From the NCBI GenBank assembly GCA_022865485.1, contig JALHSZ010000025.1, positions 2,865-66,864 of the forward strand: a DNA stretch of 64,000 nt, read 5' to 3'. Within the stretch, counting starts at the first letter, position 1, and the number at the start of each line of letters is the position of its first letter. The DNA is from Dehalococcoidales bacterium (GTDB lineage: Bacteria > Chloroflexota > Dehalococcoidia > Dehalococcoidales > BS750m-G39). The notes under the pieces are model-generated. The model was not told where the DNA came from and did not search any database. It worked only from the letters and a program-made list of their open reading frames with translations. Both the position numbers and the translations under genes were made by a program. Shown here piece by piece: positions 1-9,287 of the stretch.

Positions 1-18
1 TTGCTATACTCTGTGATA

Positions 19-94
19 CGGGGTGTAGCGCAGCTGGTAGCGCGCATGGTTTGGGACCATGAGGTCGGCGGTTCAAATCCGCCCACCCCGACCA
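19..94 (+). tRNA. tRNA-Pro (anticodon TGG), CCA encoded
   Basis: The cloverleaf can be read by eye. Acceptor is CGGGGTG/CACCCCG. Anticodon stem is CATGG/CCATG with loop TTTGGGA. T-loop is GGTTCAAATCC and the 3' end is ACCA. Confidence 0.9.
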
Positions 95-107
95 CCAGAC
101 CGCAGCA

Positions 108-839
108 ATGAACCAAGAAACGAAGAAGCTCTCCATAATCAGGGTTAGCGAAAAGGGCATAAGCTCTCAAGACGATGTTGTGGTCAGGGAACTCCTGCTG
201 ACTATCGTCCTCAATAAGCGTGAGATAGCAGCCATCTCTTGCTCTCCTTCGAACCTGGATTATCTGGCCGTCGGCTTTCTTCTAGCCAGGGGGCTAATAA
301 AAGGTAAAGAGGCTATCAAAAAGATAGCCGTCGATGACGGCAAGGGCATAGTGCGGGTAGAGGCTGAGGAAGCTAGCCGTTCCCCCAGCGAGCCTCAATT
401 AAAACAGAGAGTAGAATCCGATATCGAAATATCCGCCAACGAGGTCTTCGCCCTTATCGACGAATTTGTTCAGCGCTCCGAACTGTTCAAGGCAACGGGC
501 GGGGTTCACAGCGCCGCCCTGTGCGATAGGAAGAGAATACTGGTCTTCAGCGAGGACATAAGCCGCCATAGTGCCATCGACAAAATCTTCGGCCGGTGCA
601 TCCTGGAAGATCTACCCACCACCGGTCGTTTGCTCATTACCAGCGGCAGGGTATCATCGGAAGTGGTGCTCAAGGTAGCTAAGAGGAATATTCCCCTGCT
701 TGTCTCAAAATCCGCCTCCACCGACCTGGGAGTTAAGTTGGCCGATGATTGGGGGATAACCCTCATCGGCTTTGCCCGGGATAAAAGGATGAACGTCTAT
801 GCAAACGACTGGAGAGTAAAGGGTCAGGAGGTAGAATAA
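108..839 (+). CDS. fdhD: FdhD-family formate dehydrogenase accessory sulfurtransferase. It lacks the CxxC loop.
   Basis: The C-terminal half matches FdhD: GGVHSAAL, SRHSAIDK, SGRVSSEVV..K, LIGFARDKRMNVY. The N-terminal part has CSPSNLDYLAVGFL. No CxxC is present between the two halves. Confidence 0.8.
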   Translation: MNQETKKLSIIRVSEKGISSQDDVVVRELLLTIVLNKREIAAISCSPSNLDYLAVGFLLARGLIKGKEAIKKIAVDDGKGIVRVEAEEASRSPSEPQLKQRVESDIEISANEVFALIDEFVQRSELFKATGGVHSAALCDRKRILVFSEDISRHSAIDKIFGRCILEDLPTTGRLLITSGRVSSEVVLKVAKRNIPLLVSKSASTDLGVKLADDWGITLIGFARDKRMNVYANDWRVKGQEVE

Positions 840-882
840 AACGCCTGGCATCTTGCCTTAACCGAAGGAGTCGTTTAGTATT

Positions 883-1086
883 ATGGAGCGAAAAATCAAA
901 GTCCGTTTCTCATCGGGGGGAGAAAAAGAGGTGACGGTTGAGGAGGCGAAGAGAATACTGGACGAAACCTACAATGACCCCCTGGGTGGTCTGGTAGCCA
1001 ACGCCAAAACCGAAAAGGTCATCTACCAGATAGACCCGGAATTGGAGGAGATTTTTGTCTTAGACACCATAATCGGGGGCGGCTAG
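883..1086 (+). CDS. ThiS-like ubiquitin-fold sulfur-carrier protein, 67 aa, C-terminus IIGGG
   Basis: The size, the terminal Gly-Gly and the position directly upstream of an E1-like adenylyltransferase fit a carrier. A GAAGGAG Shine-Dalgarno (SD) motif lies upstream of the ATG. Confidence 0.55.
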   Translation: MERKIKVRFSSGGEKEVTVEEAKRILDETYNDPLGGLVANAKTEKVIYQIDPELEEIFVLDTIIGGG

Positions 1087-1113
1087 CTTATTATGAGGGG
1101 ATAGCTGATAAGA

Positions 1114-1857
1114 ATGCTTAGTAAAGAACAATTAGAAAGATACAGCCGCCAGATATTGATTAACGGCTTCGGCGAGGAAGGACAAGCCAAGCTAAAAAGG
1201 GCTAAGGTCTTTATTGCCGGCGTTGGCGGCTTGGGCTCGGTAACCGCCACCTACCTGGCGGCGGCCGGGGTAGGGGTAATACGGATCGTTGACCACGACA
1301 AGGTAGAGCTCAGCAACCTGAACCGGCAAATACTGCACTGCGACGAGGACATAGGCAAGAAGAAAGTCGATTCGGCGGCGAAAAGGCTCAAGAGCATAAA
1401 CCCGGAGGTAAAAATAGAAGCCGTCGCCGAAAAAATGACCGAAGCCAATATCTCTGAGCTGGTGACTGGCTTCGACCTGATCGTTGACGCCATGGATAAC
1501 CTGCCCACCCGCTACCTGCTGAACAAGATAGCGATAGATAAAGAAATTCCCTTCTTTCACGGTGCCGTCAACGGCTTTGAAGGCAGGGCTATGACCATAA
1601 TCCCGGGCCAAACCGCCTGCCTGAGGTGCGTTTACCGGGGGGCTGTCGTCGAAGGGAGTTTCCCCGTGGTCGGCGTTACCCCCGGGGTCATCGGCTGCAT
1701 TCAGGCAACAGAGGTAATAAAGTATCTCCTGGGAGCAGGGCAACTGCTGGGAAATCGGCTGCTCGTCTACGACGGACTGAATATGAAATTCACCCAGTTC
1801 AAGGTGAAGCGAGACCCCAATTGCCAGCACTGCGGCGCCCTGAAGGATAAAAATTGA
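1114..1857 (+). CDS. ThiF/MoeB/HesA-family E1-like adenylyltransferase
   Basis: Contains YSRQI, the Rossmann motif GVGGLGS, DxD..ELSNLNRQ, and zinc-site pairs CLRC and CQHC. There is no rhodanese domain. Confidence 0.85.
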   Translation: MLSKEQLERYSRQILINGFGEEGQAKLKRAKVFIAGVGGLGSVTATYLAAAGVGVIRIVDHDKVELSNLNRQILHCDEDIGKKKVDSAAKRLKSINPEVKIEAVAEKMTEANISELVTGFDLIVDAMDNLPTRYLLNKIAIDKEIPFFHGAVNGFEGRAMTIIPGQTACLRCVYRGAVVEGSFPVVGVTPGVIGCIQATEVIKYLLGAGQLLGNRLLVYDGLNMKFTQFKVKRDPNCQHCGALKDKN

Positions 1858-2126
1858 GCGTTAAGATAAAACTTCATCGCTCCCTGGCTAAACTCGCCGA
1901 CGGCCAGGCGGTGGTCGAAGTTAACGGCAATACTGTTGGCCGGTGCCTCGAGCAGATGAGCGCCCGATTCCCCAAGCTTAAAAAGAGGCTCTTCGAAAAG
2001 GACGGCGCGCTGAGCCGTATCCTTGAAATCTATGTCAATGGGGAGAGCATCTATCCGGACGAGTTAGCCACCGTGGTTAAAGACGGGGACGAGCTTGATA
2101 CCGTAGTGCGTATCTCCGGGGGCTGA
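1854..2126 (+). CDS. MoaD-family sulfur-carrier protein, 90 aa, C-terminus ISGG
   Basis: It ends in Gly-Gly. Its TTG start overlaps the E1 stop codon (TTGA), which suggests translational coupling. The DGDEL..V..ISGG tail is typical of MoaD. Confidence 0.65.
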   Translation: MSVKIKLHRSLAKLADGQAVVEVNGNTVGRCLEQMSARFPKLKKRLFEKDGALSRILEIYVNGESIYPDELATVVKDGDELDTVVRISGG

Positions 2127-2132
2127 GGTCAC

Positions 2133-2906
2133 TCAAACAGAACGGCGGACCTTTACTATCTCCGCCAGGATGCTGACCGCTATTTCCTCGGGAGTTTGTG
2201 CCTCTATTTCCAGCCCGATGGGGGAGTGGACGCCATCCAGCTTTGCTTTAGGCACTCCTTTAGCCAGCAGGTGGGAGAATATAGTCTTAACCTTGGTCTG
2301 GCTGCCAATCATGCCGATATATTTAGCCGGAGTGCCCACCGCCCAGCCCAGCACCAGCTCGTCATGCTGATGGCCATGGGTAACAATCACGATGTAGCTC
2401 GACTTATCTATCTTCAGATTGGGGAATGACTTGGTAAAGTCATCGGCCAGGATAATCTCAGCTTCAGGAAACCTCTCGGCGTTGGCGAACTCGGCACGGT
2501 CGTCAATAACGGCAATCTTAAAGCCGAGGAGTTTTCCCATCCTGGCCAGCGGCAACGAAACATGACCGCCGCCGAAGATATACAGGGTGGGTGCTGTCAG
2601 GATAGGCTCGATAAACACCTCCAGGTCGCCCCCGCATATCATCCCTGCCTTATCGGCTTCCTTAGCGGTCAGGCTTATGTGGAGGCGCTTGGGCTTGCCC
2701 TGTTTTATTACCTTAATAGCTTCTCCAATCACCTGGGCTTCCAGGCTGCCGCCGCCGATGGTACCGGTAATAGTGCCGTCAGGCTTAACCAGCATCTTGG
2801 TGCCTTCTTCGCGGGGTGTAGAGCCAGTGGCGGAGACAATGGTTACCAGCGCTGCTTCTTCGCCCTCTTCTTTAATTCTGACGATTTCCTGGTAGATATC
2901 GGCCAT
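2133..2906 (-). CDS. xdhC: XdhC/CoxI-family molybdoenzyme maturation protein
   Basis: The N-terminal XdhC_CoxI-like region has ALVTIV...GSTPR..G.KM. The C-terminal Rossmann part has LYIFGGGHVS. Confidence 0.7.
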   Translation of the reverse strand: MADIYQEIVRIKEEGEEAALVTIVSATGSTPREEGTKMLVKPDGTITGTIGGGSLEAQVIGEAIKVIKQGKPKRLHISLTAKEADKAGMICGGDLEVFIEPILTAPTLYIFGGGHVSLPLARMGKLLGFKIAVIDDRAEFANAERFPEAEIILADDFTKSFPNLKIDKSSYIVIVTHGHQHDELVLGWAVGTPAKYIGMIGSQTKVKTIFSHLLAKGVPKAKLDGVHSPIGLEIEAQTPEEIAVSILAEIVKVRRSV

Positions 2907-2918
2907 TCTAGCTCTCCT

Positions 2919-3719
2919 CTAAGCATTAAAGCGCATCAGTATCGCCTCTAAAACCCCGCCCGCAATCGCCCTCACCCTGGGCCTGATGGTATAGCAGGCT
3001 TCCCTGTCCCCCGAAGGGTCTATCTCGCCCAGCTTTGCTCCTCTTCCCACCACCGTCCCGTTCCTGAGCAGAGCCCGTACTACGCCGCCTATCTCCGTCC
3101 TGAGAGGCTGGGCAGCCACCGAAGCCACCACCTCTCTCACCACCACCATGTCTCCGATTTCCTTGTCAGTCAGGAACTGGCCTTCGCTGGGGGAATGCAG
3201 CACCCTTTCCGAGGTCAGGCCGCCGACAGCCACGGGGATGCCGGTATTTTCCTCCGCCTTCCCGGTTACGATTACTCTGCCCAGGCGCTCACTGTTGTTG
3301 GTCTCCACCACCACATGAACATCCTCTTCCGCTTGAAAGCCGGGCCCCAACCCGATGACCAGGGAGGCATCGCTGATATTTGTCCCCAGATTTTGCTTGG
3401 CCATCAGGGCATCAACCAGCACCGCGGGTTTTAGCATATCTTTCACCAGGGCATCGGGATCGACGATGATGGGCAGTTTGTTTTGACGCCATACCTCAGC
3501 AATCTGGCTCGGCGATTCCACCCGCCTGGCTGTTATTCCCTCAACCTCTTTTTCCCCATCGTATATCGCCTCGCAGAAGGCAACCCCGCGGCTGACGGCT
3601 AATGGCTGAGAGGTCTCAGTCATGCATACATGGAAACGGGCGCGCGCCAGCTTATGAGCCACGCCGCTGGCTACCTCCCCACCACCCCTGATAAGCACCA
3701 CCAGATTAGCTAAATCCAT
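2919..3719 (-). CDS. yqeB: YqeB-family protein of the selenium-dependent molybdenum hydroxylase maturation system (tentative)
   Basis: The N-terminus VVLIRGGGEVASGVAHKLARARFHVCMTE...AVSRGVAFCEAIYDG matches my recollection of the YqeB/TIGR03309 family. Confidence 0.5.
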   Translation of the reverse strand: MDLANLVVLIRGGGEVASGVAHKLARARFHVCMTETSQPLAVSRGVAFCEAIYDGEKEVEGITARRVESPSQIAEVWRQNKLPIIVDPDALVKDMLKPAVLVDALMAKQNLGTNISDASLVIGLGPGFQAEEDVHVVVETNNSERLGRVIVTGKAEENTGIPVAVGGLTSERVLHSPSEGQFLTDKEIGDMVVVREVVASVAAQPLRTEIGGVVRALLRNGTVVGRGAKLGEIDPSGDREACYTIRPRVRAIAGGVLEAILMRFNA

Positions 3720-3731
3720 TATTGTCCTTAA

Positions 3732-6461
3732 CTATATTATACCCGCCTTCTTCAACTCTTTTAAGCGGGCAGGGGAAAAGCCCATATATTCTTTATAGAT
3801 ACGCTCGTTAGCATAGCCCACTGGCTGGCAGACCCAGTTTGTCCTGATGGGCGTTTTGGTCATCTTGTGCTGTGCCTGGGCGACGACAACCTCCCCGTAA
3901 ACCGGGTCTTTGACCGGAGTGAACATCCCCCGCTCCAACCAGTTGGCGTCCTTCATCGGCTCTTCCGGGGAACAGACCGGCGCCACCACCGGTGTAATGG
4001 GGGCTAAGCGGCCATTCTGGGAATACTCTATCGACATGGCCACCAGCTCGTCGTTGGTGTAGTTGCGTGTCTCGGCAAAGACCCGCGGCGCCCACTTCAA
4101 TTGCTCATCTTTGCGCATAAAGACCTGCAGGGTCGTCCAGCTGGCGGCATCCCACTCATCCCACTTCCCCAGCATATCGGCAAAAGCCTGCCACATCTCT
4201 AGCCTTAAGCCTCCCAGAAAAACGGCGCCGTCCTTGGTCGGCGCGAAGCAGTAGAGCCAGCCCGCGGTATCCAGACTGCCGAAGCGCTCACAGACAATTC
4301 CTGTCTCCTGATACCATAGCGCCGCATAGTCATCAAAGCGGGCGTAAGCCTCCGCCGTAGCCACGTCCAGCGCCTGCCCCTGGCCACTCGTCTTTCTCCA
4401 GTGCAGCGCCGCCAGAATGCCTACCGCCATGAATGTCCCCGGTTGTACCCAGGCTATCCAGGGTCCGGCCTTAGTAGGCACTGCCCAGGGACATTCATCA
4501 TAGCTCTTGCCCTCGGGCATAACCTCCCCCGTAGCCGACTGCACCCCCGACCTGGCCTGGGCTATATTATCGTAATCGGGCATATTAATGCGGCTCATAG
4601 GCCCGAATTGCCCGAAACCGGTAATAGAGGCGAATACCAGCTTCGGATTGAGCTTCTTTAACTGCTCGTAGCCGATACCCCACCCATCCATAACCCCGGG
4701 CTTATAGGTTTCTATTAGCACGTCGGCCTTAGCGGCAAGGGCTTTTAGTATCTCCCTGCCCTCTGCCTCCTTCAGGTTGAGGGTAATATGATGTTTGTTT
4801 CGGCCCTCCGTCAGGTAGTTAAGCCCCTCGCCCTTGTGCAGCATACCATAAGGAGTGAATGTCCTGATGAAATCGCCCTCCAGCGGCTCTATCCGCAGGA
4901 CCTTAGCCCCGAGCTCAGCCAGCATTGAAGAGCAATAGCAGCCGGCATAGCTCTTGTAGCTCAAGTCCAGGACGGTTATATCTTCCAGGGCTTCGGGCTT
5001 GGTATGGGCGATGGCCGGGTCATCTCTATCCCTTATCAAGTCCAAAAAGGCGGCTTGTTCTTTAAGCGCCTCCTTGTTCTTCTTTTTCTGGCCTGGTTTG
5101 GCAGCCGTCTTGCTCGCTGACGATGATAAGTCCAGAAGCGTTCTTAGCCCGGACTTACCGTCCCAGTTTGACGGTGGTCGGCGGGTCGGCACGTCGGCCC
5201 ATTTGCCCAGGGCGCCGCACTCATACAGCCGCTTGATTTCGGCCTCACTCTTGCCCAAAACCTCGGTCATTATATATTCGTTGTCAAAACCCACCGCCCT
5301 GACCCCCCACTCGACCTTGGGCGAGCTCTGGGACATCATCACCGGGAATTCGTGGTCGAGGTAGCGGCCGAGTATGGCATCATTGACCTCGGTCATAAAG
5401 CCCCGCTCCCGAAAATGCTTGTCCTCAACCACTTCCTTGGTGTTATAAACATGACTGGCGGCGAAGCCGTGCTTTTCCGCCAGCTCTTCAATCCCTTTGG
5501 AGGTCCTGCTTCTCGCCCAGTCGGCAATGATCTTAAGGATTTCGGTGGCGTTATCCTCCTGCAGTCGGGTCAGGTGGTCTTTGAATCGGGGGTCGTCCGC
5601 CAGTTCCGGTTTACCCATAGCTGTGCATAAACCCCTGAATTCATCCGGGGCCGGCGCGGCTATAGCCACGAAGCTGTCGTCGGCGCAGTAGAAGGTGTCG
5701 GCAGGGCAGATGGATAAATCACGGTTGCCGGAGGGCATAGCCACCTTACCCGTAATCTGCTGGTAGGGCCAGACCCAGGTCATCGCCCGCATAATGGCTT
5801 CGCTCTGCGACAGCTCGATGAACTGACCCTTCCCCGTCTTTTCCCGATGGTGAAGAGCGGCCAATACCGCCAGTTCGCCCATTAGTGCCCCGTAGTTATC
5901 GCAGATGTAGAGACGGCTCTTCAACGGCGGCTGGCCAGGGAAGCTGGAAAGCCAGGCGTATCCGGAAAATGCCTGCGAAGCGCCGTCGTTGGAGGGTCGG
6001 TTCTCCCGGGCATACTGGCCCCACTGGCCGAAGCCGTTCTTAGCCAGATAAATAATGTCGGGGTTGATTTCCCTGATTTGCCGGTAACCGATATTCCAGC
6101 TCTCCATCACCCCCGGTCTCAGGTTGTTCTCGATGATGTCAGCTTTGGCAGCGAGTTCGTGAAACACTTCCTGCGCCTCGGTTGTGTGCAGGTCCAGCCC
6201 CAACCAGTATTTGTTGGTGTTCATATGGGCAAATGCCGGTCCCTGCTCCCGAAATAGATAGCCGAAGGGGGTCAGGTCGCGGCAGGTATCGCCCATAGGG
6301 GGAAACTCGCACTTGATGACCTCGGCGCCCATCTCGGCCAGAAACCCCGGCCCCGCCGGACCCAAAAGCAGGGTGCAAACCTCAAGCACCCGGATACCCT
6401 TTAGCGGAGACGGTTTGGAATGCTTCTCTTCCTTATAATTTCGCCACGTTACATCTGACAT
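3732..6461 (-). CDS. Tandem-fused family III (CaiB/BaiF) CoA-transferase, two complete domains in one 909-aa chain
   Basis: Domain 1 has GIRVLEV..LGPAGP..LAEMGAEVIKCE and NDGASQAFSG. Domain 2 has ITVLDLS...MLAELGAKVLRIEP and PDYDNIAQARSG. A Lys/Ser-rich linker joins them. I moved the start to ATG 6461 (MSDVTW), which has a GAAAGGAAA SD motif and lies downstream of the predicted promoter. Confidence 0.75.
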   Translation of the reverse strand: MSDVTWRNYKEEKHSKPSPLKGIRVLEVCTLLLGPAGPGFLAEMGAEVIKCEFPPMGDTCRDLTPFGYLFREQGPAFAHMNTNKYWLGLDLHTTEAQEVFHELAAKADIIENNLRPGVMESWNIGYRQIREINPDIIYLAKNGFGQWGQYARENRPSNDGASQAFSGYAWLSSFPGQPPLKSRLYICDNYGALMGELAVLAALHHREKTGKGQFIELSQSEAIMRAMTWVWPYQQITGKVAMPSGNRDLSICPADTFYCADDSFVAIAAPAPDEFRGLCTAMGKPELADDPRFKDHLTRLQEDNATEILKIIADWARSRTSKGIEELAEKHGFAASHVYNTKEVVEDKHFRERGFMTEVNDAILGRYLDHEFPVMMSQSSPKVEWGVRAVGFDNEYIMTEVLGKSEAEIKRLYECGALGKWADVPTRRPPSNWDGKSGLRTLLDLSSSASKTAAKPGQKKKNKEALKEQAAFLDLIRDRDDPAIAHTKPEALEDITVLDLSYKSYAGCYCSSMLAELGAKVLRIEPLEGDFIRTFTPYGMLHKGEGLNYLTEGRNKHHITLNLKEAEGREILKALAAKADVLIETYKPGVMDGWGIGYEQLKKLNPKLVFASITGFGQFGPMSRINMPDYDNIAQARSGVQSATGEVMPEGKSYDECPWAVPTKAGPWIAWVQPGTFMAVGILAALHWRKTSGQGQALDVATAEAYARFDDYAALWYQETGIVCERFGSLDTAGWLYCFAPTKDGAVFLGGLRLEMWQAFADMLGKWDEWDAASWTTLQVFMRKDEQLKWAPRVFAETRNYTNDELVAMSIEYSQNGRLAPITPVVAPVCSPEEPMKDANWLERGMFTPVKDPVYGEVVVAQAQHKMTKTPIRTNWVCQPVGYANERIYKEYMGFSPARLKELKKAGII

Positions 6462-6518
6462 AGTAGTATATAGGTTTCCTTTCTCTGAAGTTCCACCGCG
6501 GCCCACGACCTTGGGGCA

Positions 6519-6548
6519 ATTTTAGAGGTTTTCCATAGCTGGCGTCAA
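6519..6548 (-). promoter_or_regulatory. Sigma70-like promoter for the CoA-transferase/yqeB/xdhC operon
   Basis: On the minus strand: TTGACG, an 18-nt spacer, then TAAAAT. Confidence 0.45.
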
Positions 6549-6724
6549 GCTTTGGCGAAAGGAGGGATTATAGGTTGGTTTCACGAGGCAAGGGATTAGT
6601 GTATCGTATTGAATGGTTCCGATTTTCTGCCTGATGTCGCTGGCACTATCGTTGGCCCGAGCTCGCTTGACATTGCCTGGGCTAAGGGAATAAATGCGGA
6701 CTGATAGCTTTGGTAAGCCGCAGT

Positions 6725-8557
6725 CTATGTTTCTGTGCTCCGACGGGAAATAGAGATGCTCCTCAACCGTTGTGCCTCGGTGAGTAACTTCTTCCTGAAT
6801 CTGATGTTCTCAGGAGTCACTTCAACCAGTTCATCCTTATTGATAAAATCAATGGCCTGCTCCAAGCTCAGCTTAACGGGAGGAGTCAGTTTGACGGCAA
6901 TGTCGGATGTCGACGAGCGTATATTGGTCTTCTGCTTTTCCTTGCATACGTTGATGGCTATGTCCTGTGGCCGCGGATTTTGCCCGACTATCATACCTTC
7001 ATAGACTGGTGTATTGGGTTCAATGAAGGTGAGTCCTCGCCCCTGAGCATTATTTAGGCCATAGGTAACAGCGATGCCTCGTTCCGAGGCTACCAGTACC
7101 CCATTACGAGTTGAAGTTATATCTCCATGCCAGGCCTCATAGCCAAGAAAATTGGTATTCATGATACCCTCACCTCGGGTAGCAGTAAGGAAGGCACTGC
7201 GGAAACCGATGAGTCCTTTCGTCGGCACACGGAATTCTAGGTGCACATTACCATGGCCATCGTTACGCATATCCGTAAGCTGAGCTTGCCGCTTGCTCAG
7301 CATCTCGGTTAAAACTCCAATATATCCCTCTTTGGTATCAAGGGTAAGAACCTCCATGGGTTCCATAAGCTTCCCTTCCATTACTTTGGTAATAGCTTCC
7401 GGTTTGGAGACTTCAAATTCGTAGCCCTCCCGGCGCATGGTTTCAATCAGAATAGCCAAGTGTAGCTCCCCCCTCCCTTTTACCAGGAAGGTGTCTGGGC
7501 TATCCGTATCCTGGACCCTGAGACTAAGATTAGTCTCCAATTCTCTATAGAGCCGCTCCCGTAGCTGGCGCGTGGTGCTAAAGCGCCCCTCGCGACCGGC
7601 GAACGGCGAGGTGTTTACTCCAAAGGTCATCTCTACCGTAGGTTCACCAATTTCTATTCGCGGTAGAGCTTCAGGCTGCTCCGGGCTGGCAATGGTATCT
7701 CCAATATTGACTACTTCGATTCCGGTTACGGCTACTATGTCGCCTGCCTCGGCTTCGGCTACCTCCAAGCGCTTGAGACCGAGATACGTAAACACTTCAC
7801 TAATCTCATAATGAGTGATGCTACCATCAGCACTCATACTAACTACCGGGTCGTGGGGAGCAACTTTGCCCCTCCAGATTCTACCAATAGCTATTTTACC
7901 TTTGTGGCTATCGTAGTCTAGATTGGAAACCAGCATTTGAAATGGCCCGCTTTCAATTTGCGGTGGCGGTACTTTTTCTAAGATACATTCGAAGAGAGGA
8001 GTGATGTCTTTGCCTTTCATATCCGGTTCGGTTACGGCTATACCTTCCCTGGCACTGGAATATAGTACCGGGAAATCAAGCTGGTCAGCACTGGTAGCTA
8101 ATTCTAAGAATAGGTCCTGGGTGAATCCAAGCACCTCCGATACCCGTGAATTTTCCCTGTCTATTTTGTTAATAACCACAATGGGCTTTAGGCCCCTTTC
8201 CAGAGCTTTGCGAAGCACAAACTTGGTCTGGGGCATGGGACCTTCTATCGAGTCCACTAAAAGCAGGCAGCCGTCCGCCATACTTATGACGCGCTCCACC
8301 TCTCCACTGAAATCGGCATGGCCGGGAGTATCAATGATATTGATTTTGACTCCCCGGTAAACTACGGCGGTATTTTTGGCCATGATAGTAATGCCTTTTT
8401 CACGCTCCAGGACGCCCTGGTCCATTATTAACTCGCCTACCGCCTGGTTATCCCGGAACACCCGACTTTGCTTAAGCAGGGCATCTACCAGAGTAGTTTT
8501 ACCATGGTCAACATGGGCGATAATAGCTATATTCCTTATGTCCCAGCGATAATTCAT
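6725..8557 (-). CDS. typA: Translational GTPase TypA/BipA
   Basis: Contains [19 protein letters not shown] and DTPGHADF, has the EF-G-like domain order, and is 610 aa. Confidence 0.95.
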   Translation of the reverse strand: MNYRWDIRNIAIIAHVDHGKTTLVDALLKQSRVFRDNQAVGELIMDQGVLEREKGITIMAKNTAVVYRGVKINIIDTPGHADFSGEVERVISMADGCLLLVDSIEGPMPQTKFVLRKALERGLKPIVVINKIDRENSRVSEVLGFTQDLFLELATSADQLDFPVLYSSAREGIAVTEPDMKGKDITPLFECILEKVPPPQIESGPFQMLVSNLDYDSHKGKIAIGRIWRGKVAPHDPVVSMSADGSITHYEISEVFTYLGLKRLEVAEAEAGDIVAVTGIEVVNIGDTIASPEQPEALPRIEIGEPTVEMTFGVNTSPFAGREGRFSTTRQLRERLYRELETNLSLRVQDTDSPDTFLVKGRGELHLAILIETMRREGYEFEVSKPEAITKVMEGKLMEPMEVLTLDTKEGYIGVLTEMLSKRQAQLTDMRNDGHGNVHLEFRVPTKGLIGFRSAFLTATRGEGIMNTNFLGYEAWHGDITSTRNGVLVASERGIAVTYGLNNAQGRGLTFIEPNTPVYEGMIVGQNPRPQDIAINVCKEKQKTNIRSSTSDIAVKLTPPVKLSLEQAIDFINKDELVEVTPENIRFRKKLLTEAQRLRSISISRRSTET

Positions 8558-8942
8558 ATATTTAGCTAAACTTCTCCTCTATTCATTCTCATCGTAGCCT
8601 ATCCTCGTCAGACCTGCTCGTCCCCTTCATATCAATCGCCACAACAGGCAGTTCTGTCTCCGGGAAGTGCAAATGGTGATACATAGTCTTAGCAAGGAGG
8701 ACGTAGATAATTGGCTTACTTAGCTTCGCTGTTGATGGCTATTGCAACAGGTGAACCGCGACTGTATCGTCTCTAGTCTCCGGCAACATAGACAGCGTCT
8801 TGCCTCACTGGCGAAGCCTGTATTAGTGAGGAATTCCTGCTCGAAAGCGGTGAAGGCGAAAGTAGTTCTCAAGCCAAAACATTAAATTTTCTTGTCCTGA
8901 AAGTTTGCTGGACGACCTTATCTTGTGGATAAGTATAGCTAA

Positions 8943-8971
8943 AATATACTCTATACAGAGCTTCTTGTCAA
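8943..8971 (-). promoter_or_regulatory. Sigma70-like promoter; implies a typA leader of roughly 380 nt
   Basis: On the minus strand: TTGACA (8966-8971), a 17-nt spacer, then TATATT (8943-8948). Confidence 0.45.
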
Positions 8972-9137
8972 AACGGTGGCTACAAGGTAGTGACACCTCG
9001 CCCCCTTAGTCCCCCTCTCCTTTTCGTATCGTGGTTTAACAATTTGGCTTTTTGTTATATCACAGCACCAAGAGAGCGCTATTCCTCGGTGTAATGACAT
9101 CAACTGTATACCACTGGCATTGCTTAATCATGACGTT

Positions 9138-9166
9138 TTGACAAGGCCACAAAGAAAGAATATTCT
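9138..9166 (+). promoter_or_regulatory. Sigma70-like promoter for the lipoprotein gene
   Basis: TTGACA, a 17-nt spacer, then TATTCT. It shares the 12-nt box CGTTTTGACAAG with the divergent typA promoter. Confidence 0.4.
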
Positions 9167-9287
9167 TATGGCAGAACATCTGCAATTACCCCACCTGTGT
9201 GATGAACCGCAAGAGTTACGCTAGTTCTTAAAAATAAGAAGGCTGAGCCTGAAGCCTGATAAAAATTTGAAAAGGAGGCTGGCAAAA

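Noticed and set aside
6667-6695. A plus-strand promoter-like TTGACA-17-ATAAAT that points into the 3' end of typA and could drive an antisense RNA.
   Set aside because: The -10 hexamer lacks the conserved A at position 2, and shifting by one lacks the final T. There is no downstream plus-strand gene. A single match of this quality is expected by chance.
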